A stretch of DNA of 64,000 nt from Klebsormidium nitens (Eukaryota > Plantae > Klebsormidiophyceae). The DNA is taken from contig DF237050.1 of assembly GCA_000708835.1 (NCBI GenBank), positions 139,296 to 203,295 of the forward strand, given 5' to 3'. Every line of letters begins with the position of its first letter. Position 1 is the stretch's first letter. This document shows positions 39,601 through 50,300 of this stretch, piece by piece. The translations under genes and the position numbers were made by a program. A model generated the notes under the pieces. That model searched no databases and was not told the origin of the DNA. It saw only the letters and a program-made list of their open reading frames with translations.

Positions 39601-41907
39601 GGAGTCAGTCGAACAGGGACTTTCTGCTTGAAGGACCATGGCCCTTCTTTACCTGCGTGGCTGACTCCTCGTTACTTTATCCTGTTCCAGGACGTTCCTA
39701 GCCGCGAGTTCTACCACATCCGGGTGCCCAGCAACGAGAACAAGCCGGTGACCAACAGCAGAGACACGCAGGATGTGAGTCGCAAACACCGCCTCTCACG
39801 CATTACTCCATTGCATGCGAGCTTTTACAACCCTCCTGTCTGTCGACGGATTGCCTTCATAACGCAGTAAATTCCGACGTAAAGCCGTTCTCCACTCTTG
39901 TGTCAACGTCCGTGCTGCTGCTTCCACATGATCGCATCGGCCCTGTCACTTGAATCAAGGCCTCCAGTGTCGTGTCTGAGCTGCCAGCGCCTTCGCTGTC
40001 CCGACCTCCAAACAGGCATTTAGCTTGGCTGTCTATGTTCTTTTTGATCAGCCTCCCTGACGAACGATCTTCTTCCCGCCGCCATGGCAGTCCCTATCGA
40101 GACGCCTTCCATCTGCTTCAAAACTGATGTCGGGCCAATCAGAAACTGAGACAACCTCAGCCCTTTGAAACTGATTGCTGGCCTACCAGAGCGAGGTCTG
40201 TCTCAGCACGTTTCCCGCGCAGCGCCGCGGCTGACCTGCGCGTCTCCGGTGCGCAGGTGCCGTACGCGCAGGGGCTGGAGATGCTGGCCATCTTCGCGGC
40301 GTCGCCGTCCGTGAGCAGCATCCTGGACTACTTTGCGCTGTACGACACGCAGCAACAGCTGCTGCAAGAAGACCGCGACAAGGCCAAACTGCGCCCGCCG
40401 CCGCCAGGCAAGCCCCGCACTCCACGTAGCATGTGAAAATGCATCTGATACATAAGGGTTGACAATATGCAAAGCTAACGAGACTGCCGCATACCCTGCA
40501 GTCTTGCTTGCTTGAAACAAGTGATTGCGCCCTGATGGCAAGGTCTGGTAGCCAAGAAAGTCGTTCTTTGTGACGCTCGTCAGGAGCTGCTTTCTAGTCG
40601 TGTCTAGGGCACCATGGAAGCGCACTCTATTGTTAGGACACTGTCCCTTTCCTTTCCGGGGCCTCTTCAGGATCCCACGTTTGATTTGAAAGGATGTTCA
40701 AATGCAATGATGTAAGTTTGGCAGCATTTCTCAAACCTTGCTTGCAGTCCTGGGGACGAGCTTTCAATGTTTGTGCACCCGAGGTGACACGTGGAGTGTC
40801 CGTTTGCAGTTGCGCCCCTTGATCCGTGGGACGACAGACCGCAACCCCCAGGGCCGGGGTTCAGACCGAGGGGACCCGACTTCTTGTGAGCAAAACATGC
40901 GTCGTGTGCCACCCTCTTTCCTTGTTGAGAGCTGGAAAAAGCCAAGCAAGTCGGTGGTTGACTTCTGTCGCAGACTGCTTGATGTTGTTACTTTTTCACC
41001 CTGTTTGCAACCCCGTTGAAACGCCTACGTCAACCGTGCGCTTCAGTGGCTCTGATGCTCCGGGCCAGTTGGCTGCCAGCATGGTATGCTGACCTACGTC
41101 TTCTTTGCCCCTCTCTCTTTCAGCCGGCCGCCGTTCCCTCGGCCCCCGCTGGTGCCCCACAACATCAAGACCCGGCTGTGCCAGCGCTTCAGCTCGCCGG
41201 GGGGGTGCAACTACGGCGACCGCTGCCTGTTTGCACACGGGGTGCACGAGCTGCGGCCATTCCGTCCCCCTCCACCCGCGGGCCGCCCTCCCTTCTTCCC
41301 TGACGGCCGCCCCGCCTTCTTCCCTGACGGCCGTCCCGCCTTCTTCCCGCCCCCACCTTTTGGTCCCGGCGGCCCCCATCACCGGCCGCCGTTCTGGCGA
41401 CCGGACGGAAACGGAAACGGAATGGGTCCCGGCTTCGAAGGCCCCCGGCCCTGGTTGGGTCCACCGCCTGAGTTTGCCGGCCACGGGCACGGGCATCACT
41501 ACCAGCAACAACACCCTGCGTCCCGCCTGCTAGATGCCCTGGAGAATGGGAATGAAGGGTTGCGTCACGGCGCGGCTGGGCCGGGCGGGGATGACGTCAG
41601 CGGGGATGAGAAGGACGCGCAGGACGAGTACCTGCTGCAGCTGCTGACGGAGGGCGGCGCGGACAAAGGGCAGTCGGTGCCGGAGCCGGGGCAGGCTCCC
41701 GGGCTGGGCGACGGGAGCGAGTGGGCGGGGGGCCGGGAACACGAGGACGAGGAGGTGTGCTGCATCTGCTTCGAGCGGCCGATGGACGCGGCGCTTGAGC
41801 CGTGCCGGCATGAGCTGTGCCGACAGTGCGCGGAGCTGATGCGCAGCGAGCGGAACAGCTGCCCCGTGTGCAACGCGGAAATCGAGTCAATCTTGCCGAG
41901 AACTTGA
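36649..41907 (+). CDS. YTH-domain (YTHDF/ECT-type m6A reader) protein with C-terminal CCCH zinc finger and C3HC4 RING; 7 exons
   Basis: Exons 36649-~37845, ~38420-38852, 39184-~39277, ~39691-39774, ~40258-40407, 40810-40885 and 41124-41907 splice in phase. YTH: [166 protein letters not shown]. Confidence 0.85.
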
Positions 41908-43173
41908 GTACATTTCAGTGTGAGGGGTGCGTGTCGGAAAAGCTACAGTTTTGGAAACGCGTGGCTTTTGCAGTTGCGGATTGCTTGGTCACCAACGGGA
42001 GAGCTCGGTTAATAAAGGTGTGTATCATCGACGTGTTCGTTGCATTACATGCTCCAAGCAAGAAGGTTGTGGAATTCCTAAACAGCCTTCCAACATGTAT
42101 GTTCCCAGCTATGCCTCATGCGGGCTGCGTTCTTTCCTGTTCCTTCAAATTTCGTACGAGTGCCCTAAGTCGCTGGTTCTCAAAGTTCAGTAAGTTGATA
42201 ACTGTTGAAACTCATGAAATTATCATGTTTGAAAGAGCCATGTATGCAGTCTATGCTGCGGCACGGCATGATGAGTCAAACGCACGACACATGCACGACC
42301 AGATAATGTACATCTACTGCGATACACGAATCGTGGGCGGTTCACGGTTGGGGTGCCAACCGAACTTGTATAGCCGGTCTTGCCGTCTTATTAATTCATG
42401 CACGTTTCTCCGGATCGGATTGTCAGTGCCCACATGTGGGGATATACCAAATGCGAATCCTTCGTGACGTCCGACGGTGTCGTCAAGTCTAAATTTCTGC
42501 GCATTGCCGCCTAGCGTGTGCTCTTTCGCTCTCATTCAAGTCGTCCAAATTTCCATATAGTCGTTTTTGAGAACGTCAAAATCAATCTTGTATGAGGAAT
42601 TTTGAAATAATTGTAACCTTCCACTGTTTGTGAGGAGCTAGAAAGAAAAAATCCAATATCATCGTCGCTTTGCATGTACCATGTGCAGCTATTCGCTTAC
42701 ACGACATATGTCATGGTACCCTTCGAGTCAAGATCCACATGCAACTCGCGAGCGTTTTGCTATAGCGTATATTCAGGAGCAAAGTAGCTAGCTTGTTCAG
42801 CTTTGGCGCGATTGGTCAAAGCAAGGTTCAGAGGTCCCTGGCTCGGTGCACAGCAAGACCTCGTGTAAAGGACCTCGGCCACCATAGTGACTGAAGTTCG
42901 ACTATGATAAGCTTCCCAAATCGAGGTGCACCTCAAAACAGCTTTTCTCTAAAGTTCCAAATTCGGTTTGTAACCTGCTTCTGGTTAGGTGTTGCGTTGA
43001 CTGAAGAGCTCGCGTTGCCAAAGCTTTTTGAACTGAGGTGCTTTCGGCCCGACAGACTTACAATTGCGCCGGCCGAGCTCTCGCTGTCATTGATTGACCG
43101 ATCAGGCTACGAATGTGCCTACTGTGCTTGCAAAAGCCAATGACCTCACGACTTGATGTTCAACTTGTAATAC

Positions 43174-44971
43174 TCATATACAGGCGTGCTCTTCATTATT
43201 TTGATGCAACGTCTCGCGACGATGTAAGTTCTGGCACCATTCCTTGTGCGCGCCCTTCCAGGCAGCTTTCTGGCACTCTGCAGGGACAGAAAGAGGGAAA
43301 GCGTTACACTAAGATGTTCTCAGAATGCACAGAAGGCCAGACATGAGAAAAGGGAGAACTTCGAAAAGCTACTTCTTACAGCAATGTTTAGTGGGCCGTT
43401 GAATATCTCCAAGCAACGAAGCATTCGGCTATCCATTTTGCAGTTTGTGTAATCAATGTCGTCAGTGTCCTCAGTGATGGTGTTTCCTTGCCGTTCACGT
43501 TGAGGCGGCGGATCTCTTTTCTGCTATTAACAAGCCGTCAGGCATGAATGAAAATCGAAGTATGTACAAAGATGATATTACACATGAAAGACGCGGAAAA
43601 GATGTCGATTAAGAAAGACAGGAACCCCTCAATTGAATTGAGCAAGCACTTGCCTCGGCTGCAGTAGACGCTCAGCTTGCACTGGCGGCACACCTTGAAC
43701 TCCCCTGGCTTCTTCTCCTTCTTGCTGCAGCCGGTCGCCGAGCACGACCGCTTCGCGCGCGCGTCCAGCCACCCCAGCCTGGGGGCCACCGTGGCGTCCT
43801 TCACTGGATATTTCTCCCCGTGCCTCTTGACTATCGGCAGAACCCTGTTGAAGTGCGGCTCTGACACGATCGCGGCCAGCTGCTGCGCGCGCTGCACCCG
43901 CGCGCCGTCTTTGCGCGCCTCCTTCTCGAAGTGGCGCCTTCGCTCCACGGCGTTCCGGCCCGCCGCCTTTGCACCGCTAGTGTCCTGGATCGCCACCCCC
44001 AGCGTCGTCCCCAACATTTTCAGGCTCCGGGTGGGGTTTCCGGCCGGATTCGGGCTGGCCGGAACCGCCGCCAAGATGTGGCAAAGGGGCAGCAGGTAGG
44101 TGCCCGCGGAGGGCCCGGCCAGCCGCTGCCGCCGGTCGTCTCCCTGAGTGAGGAGACACAGAAGATAGCACGCGCTCTCGATGAGCGCGCACTCTGCGGC
44201 GGAGTGGATGATGTTGCTGATCCAGTACAACACCCAGCCGTCCAGGTCGGGGTCCTCCCACAACGGGTACACGTGGCACAGCAGCAGGAAGGCGTCGTGG
44301 AGGAATTCGACGTCGGACACGTCCTGCGACGTGTGAACTAGGATGGCGTTCAGCAGCTCCGTGTGTCGCGCGCACCGCAGCCTGAGCTTGTGAGACCAGA
44401 GGGATAGGTGCGCGAGGCACGACAGGATGTTGGCGCGCGCCCATTGCTTGACTTCAAGGATCGCCTCTTCCGTCAATCTGCTCCTGCATTCCTCTGACAC
44501 GGGGCACTCCACTCCTCTGAGGTACACCTCTGTTAGGAGATCTAGCAAGTCTGGGACTGACGCTCTGATTGCTCGGAAGGTGCGCTTGTCTTCGGTGAGG
44601 CAGTACAGCACCTTGGCGCAATCCGAGGCCCAGCTGCGCACCAGGGGGTCCGCATCTTCCGCAGTGTACACCAGCCATTGGCCCGCGGCCGCAGTTCTCA
44701 GGCCCACGGCTAAAGGAGCCAGGATGCCCGCCTCCAGCAGGAAAGCTGCGCAGTTGACCGTCGTCTGGCGCGGGTCCTGAGGGGACTGCTCGAAGCGGTC
44801 CTTGTTTGCGTCGAGCGTGTCCAGTGCTCTCAGCATCGCCGTGGACTGCGCCTCTAAGCTGGTGGAGCGCAGATCCGCCGCAATCTCCTGGAGCGCCCGG
44901 GAAGACTCGGGCCTTAGGATTTCTTTTGCGGTAAGGCTGAGAGCAGGACTGTCTGGCGAGGTGGCCGCCAT
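43174..44971 (-). CDS. Helical (ARM-like) domain protein with C-terminal MYND zinc finger, 2 exons
   Basis: Exon 43654-44971 ends CSATGCSKKEKKPGEFKVCRQCKLSVYCSR. A GC-AG intron (43278-43653) joins it to exon 43174-43277, ECQKAAWKGAHKEWC..*, which completes the MYND consensus. Confidence 0.85.
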
Positions 44972-45238
44972 GAGGCACCTCCAAGTGAATCACAAGGAGT
45001 GTTCTGTCACCGCCATAGCGTCGGGGCTACATTGATGCTTCAGTACAACCTACAAGCTTGAGATCAGCACTGATAAGCGTGCATGGCCGCCTCGATCAGG
45101 CCCAGCTTCTCGTCATGCTTGTGCTGCGGCTGCGCGCTCCTTCATTCGCCATGAACTTCTGCTATGACCTTCGATTCCTCTGCCCCACGTCACGTCAATG
45201 ACTTTCTTCTAGAGGAAGAACGGAGGACTTGACTTTCT

Positions 45239-45300
45239 GCGAAGACATGTCACATCTGCGTTTCGAGGTGCGAAGACATGTCACATCTGCGTTTCGAGGT
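45239..45300. repeat. Perfect 31-bp tandem duplication
   Basis: GCGAAGACATGTCACATCTGCGTTTCGAGGT occurs twice, at 45239-45269 and 45270-45300. Confidence 0.95.
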
Positions 45301-45717
45301 GCTTGAGTTGGTCCGCTTGCAGCGCCTGGGTCTTGTCATCGTCGCTGTCAAATTGATGGACAAATGATTACGGTACTTTTTGCTGATCGAGGCTTTCGGA
45401 CTTTACCGAGACGAGATCGATGCGAAATCAAGAATACTAGCTCATTGAGACATTCTTGATACACCCCATCGATGCTGCCGCGCTCTGCCTGCCAGCTTCC
45501 AAGTCGGTCAGTTCGATGTAAACTGCCACGGAGCAATTTCCCTGCCCTCCCTCTAATTAGCGCTGCATGTCCCGGTCGCGGTACTAACGAAGATGGACAC
45601 CTGTCACCTTTGCCATCTGCGTTGCTGATGCGTGGTTCGTCGATCAGCAATTCAGGCGTTCGTATGGACATGTAATGCTGAAAGCCTTCTAAACTCTGGA
45701 GCTTCCTTTTGACTGCT

Positions 45718-45960
45718 CACAGGGCGGATTCCCGTTTCCCCGGTGGTCGGGCAAAGCCCGGGCAGTACCCCGGGGAGCGTGTTCCCCGGCCATTTGCCCG
45801 GGCTTGGGCCATGTCCGGAAAAGTTGTCAGATCTCCGGGGTTTGCCCGGCGATCGGGCAACAAGCCCGGGCAACGAACCCCGGGCAACCAGGTCGGGCAA
45901 CAGCAAACGCATGTCCGGGCAAGACGTTTCAGTCAGTCCCCGGGCAAACATCGGGGAATG
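45718..45960 (+). repeat. Left TIR plus subterminal array of CCCGG(G)CAA motifs in both orientations
   Basis: Roughly 8 copies, e.g. TTGCCCGGG at ~45794 and CCCGGGCAA at ~45865, ~45877 and ~45939. Confidence 0.9.
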
Positions 45961-47324
45961 TCCGGAGAAATGAGAACGGCAGTAATCTTGTAAGAAGCAC
46001 AGCAGCAGCACGTAATCAACGATGTAACACATTCAGGGATCATAAGTTGCGTTTGATTGTTTCTAAACCAACGAACGACGGGCTTTGGACGGACTGACAC
46101 TGCTATCATTAAGAAGTACTGGCGAGACAACGAGTTCACAGAACGGCAGTTCTACCTAGGCTTAAACCTAAACTTTGAGCTGAACTACAAAAGTGTTCCC
46201 GGTTGTCTGTAAGCCGTCCAACTCTTCTTCAGGTGGCTTCTCGACCTGCCGCGCGCGTACTACGAGACATCCGTTCAGTTGCGCGAAGTAGCATGCGTGC
46301 ATCGTTATCTGCACCAAGGGAAAACATATCGTAGTCAGAGAGTTACGTTCTGCAGACATGGCAACCTTGTACGCTGCAGCTCGGAGGGTCGCCCTTCAGA
46401 ATCTACTCGAAATCAGCAGTCTGTCGAACCAGGATTCGAAGTCGACACAAAGTGGAAATGCTGGCGCGACTTCGTTTAGGTCCGAGCGTAATCAGATGGA
46501 CACAACCTGCATGAGAAGCTTGCAAAGCGAAAATATTAATTTCATATCACAGCCTACAGCCAATTGATCTCTCGGTTCGCAAGCGCGTAGGCAATACAGC
46601 TTACCTTAGAGATGCTGCAGTTCTATTGCCAGTGCAAGATCGCTCGTGTCACTGCAGAAAAGGGGTTCGACGATTGGGAAATGCTCAAACAACTCGGAAC
46701 GACTGATTCGATTACGCAGTAGATTGCCTTCCCAGCAAATTGAGAACTGAACGAGACCAGAACTGAATGATCTTTCAGACGCCAACCTTGATTGGAGAAC
46801 GATACAAAAGAAGCTTTGACTAGCTTGAAAAACGAGAAAGGAGAAGGCAGAGGCTTCCCACCTTATTGGTTGCCAATTCGTGTTGAACTTGCGGATGTTC
46901 TGCAAAAGCAAAATATGAAGTCAAAAAACCGTGCATTCGCGTTTCGGCACACTACCGCTTCACCTCCTGCTTGAATGATGTTTGCGTGCCTCTTGTGCGC
47001 AGAAGAAGCACTCGCAGATCTGAACGCGCGTGCCCCAATCCGACTCTCCGATTTTGCCAACACGAAACCCGCTTGCTGTGCAATGATTGCAGCAACACGA
47101 AAACACAGTGCACTGCATATGATTCACGAGAGGTACACAAGTAGCACACGTAAAACACACGAGAAGCCACACGCGGTCTTCTTGGGACGCATTGCTGTTG
47201 CCGCCTCTAAGCGACAATAGCACAGGGACCTTGAAAGGTCCCCAATTTGAATGGACAACCAAATCCAGCAGGCTCTTTTGCGCCATCCCCTTAGGACAAG
47301 AAGGTGCCAACGACAGCTCACCTC

Positions 47325-50300
47325 TTAAGATACGAAGACTTCGTTGGGAGTCAACTTCACCCCGTCCTCGCGCCACTTCTTGTTCGCGATGTAAACGCGC
47401 TCGTCATCAATGGCCCCTTCACTCAGCAATTTCAGCAGGTACGGCGTGTCAAACGTCTCCAATTCCGGCGACTTCGAAATGTTTTCGAGCTTGAGGCCGT
47501 TGATCGCCTTGATGGCCTCCTTGCGAGTCACCTGCGACAAAGGTATACCGGTAAATGCCTGTACACGAGGTCCCCAAAATGAAAGGGCAGTGAACTTGAA
47601 GATCGTCAGACGGGAGCCCTAAGAGAGTATGCACCATGCGCATATCAGCTTGCTTTATGTACGGGAAACGGCGGAAACTTTGGCAGTTAAGCAAACCCTG
47701 TAACCGGTCTGGGAAGCCCGTAAGGCTGGTTATTAATAACCAGTCCCGGGCGGGTTGTATTAGCGTGTTAACCAGGCCTGGGTCTTTCCGGCGAGCAGGA
47801 TATATGAGACTTATTCCTGGCTAACTAGAGTCCGCCTGTCGGACAAGCACTTAATGGGCCTCGGCAGAACCTGGTTAGTTGAAGGAGTCTTCGCTTATGT
47901 CAGTCGTTGGTCAGGCGATTGACCAGTGACTGGCTCAGCAAGTCTATTAACATCTGGAAGTAACGGCGGCTCAAATGCCGAGCCAGTCACAGTCGGGTTA
48001 GCTCCTCGTCTACGTGCTGACCCACTGCTGGTTAGGAGTCGCACTCGTAATATGCCAATCCCAGCCCTTGTCGAGTAACTTAGGTTATAATGGTCCGCAA
48101 AAGAACTCCGATCATAGGGACGGTTTCCAACTTTCAACCGACCGAAACCGAACAGAACCGAACGGAATTTGGAGCTTTAATGACCAGAGCAAAACCTCCT
48201 TAACGAGAGCAGCATCTGTTCAACGATCAAGACCTCGATGAAACCTGGTTGCGTCGGCGCCAGGGCACTGCAGCCGGCACTAAAAAACATGACGCCTAGG
48301 TGAAGAGCTCTTCCTCAGCCTCTTCCTTACCTGATACGCAAACTTGACGCGGAGAAATTTCATGGCGATGACCTCGTACTTGGCCTGCATGTGCTTGTCG
48401 ATCTTCTCGTGCTTGTCCTCAAACGCGCCCCCGATTGGCAGGTCGGAGATGGGTTCCTCGTCCGAACCGGGGTCTGAAGACTCGATGACGTCACCATCCA
48501 GGTCCATCTCCTCTTCGCTCTCCTCCTCGTTCTCGCCCCCCTTCCGCTTCCGCTTCTTCTTTTCCGCCTTTGCTATATTATTCCTCTTTCCGCTGGCTTT
48601 TGCCGCACTCTTGCCTTTCGCCGTTTCGCACGCTGCCTCCCCTGCTTTTCCCGCCTGACCAAACTCGCACTCGCATCCCACTGCCTTGCAAAGACCCGGT
48701 TCGTGGAACTTGCGCTGCCTTACTGCGTTCCGTTTTGGCCGCGCGGAGACTTCGTCACCGGCCGTTTCGGTCCGGCCGGTCCCTGTCTCTTCCGTTGGTT
48801 CGGTTCCGTTCCGCTCCTGGTCCTTCCCCTCAATTTGCTGTGGGTCAATTGTTTGCGGAACGCTGCCCGCGCCCCGTTCTTCTTCCCCAGCTCCAGGGCC
48901 TTGAGTTGCATCCTCGCCGCTTTCCTCTTTCCGGGGCTCGATTCGCTTCTTGCCCTTCTGAAGATTTGACCCAGTGCTTTTTGCCTTCTTTGGTGGCTCC
49001 TCGCCACTGCCGGTTCCTTTTCCGTTTCCGCTTCCGCTCCCTTCCGCCCGTGCGTCTCGCTTCCGTTTTTCGTTGGTTACATTTCCCCCGGTTTGGTTAT
49101 CTCCCCGTGCTTGCTGATCGGTCTTGCCGTCCTGCTCGCCCTTCTCTTTCCCATCCACTGCTGCCCCTTGCTGTTGGACGGTGTTTTGAGGGACGCTGGA
49201 GGACGAGGGTTTGTCCTGGCCGGTCGAAGTTGCTGCCGGGAGTACTTCCCAAACCGGTTCCGGGCTGCTCGACTTGGGAGGCGTAACTATAAAAGAAGTT
49301 CCTCCGCTCCTTTCCACCTGAAACAGAACACAAAGTCAGTGAGTTCTAAGAGTGATGAAATTGCACGAAGCCTTCAGTCAGTAGAATTACTCGTGAGCAA
49401 GCAGCAGGCTCTGCCTCGATTCTACCAGATCTGCTGCATCTGCTGTGCAGAGAGGCAGACCGCGCGCGCGCGCACGCGCGCCCCACGTTGAACCTGCCTC
49501 ACATAGATTCGGTGATAAGAAGAAAAGCAATACTGAAGAGCAAGATGGATTTCAGCTCATCAAGGCAGGCTAAATCCTTGTTGTTAAACGAAGCAGAAGC
49601 TAGCAAGTTGGTTCGTATATGTCGTTGCTTTGGCCTTTGAAGACTGTGTGACCAGAGAGCTGGATCCGTGTGCATAAGCTTGCTGAATCGATGTCCAGGT
49701 TATGCAAGAACGGAGGTCAGTTGTTAGGGGACACTTTTAAGTAGACTTTCCCCGAGATGAATGACACTGACGAGAGGACAGTACACGAGTCCAGAGAGCC
49801 ACGACGTTTCGTGCACGGGTCATCGATAGCGGGCGCAATTACACCGTGCTCACGAATCTGCTTGCCAATGGCGACGTTGAGGCGCCTCGCCCAGCCTAAA
49901 GGGTCGCCGTTCAAAGTTAAGGTGGAACAAGCCGTCTCAGAAACGACTCCGGGGCCCTTCTCCGCTTGGCAGCCCCGACCAAGATGTGCTCATTCCATTG
50001 ATTCCGTTTGCGTAGTGGATGTTCGGACAGAAACGTACCTGCTTGAAGCCAGACTTCTCGGCGGCATGCGTCTCGCAAAGAAAGTCTGCCCCGTCGTAGT
50101 TCTCCACGCCGAAGCGGTCAAGCATCATCTTTTGCATGCAGAGGTTGTGCACCGGCTTCTCGCACACGTGGCACATGTGCGCAGGCCGCCCGGTGGTCAC
50201 GGTGCATGAGCTGATGACGCAACGGCTTCGAGCCGGCTGTTCTTCGGCGGCTTCACTAGTTCCCTGCAAAGGATGCGGAGGGTGAAATGAGCTCATTCAG

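Noticed and set aside
45239-45300. 31-bp direct repeat as a possible CRISPR array
   Set aside because: Only two adjacent copies with no spacer, in a eukaryotic context with no cas genes.
47690-48240. Palindrome-containing stretch (CTGGTTATTAATAACCAG) as a possible nested MITE or ncRNA
   Set aside because: No terminal inverted repeats with a TSD and no recognisable RNA family; it lies within an inferred intron of the transposon's second gene.
49461-49481. Alternating (CG)n tract with Z-DNA potential
   Set aside because: A single 21-bp tract in an inferred intron; no supporting evidence of function.
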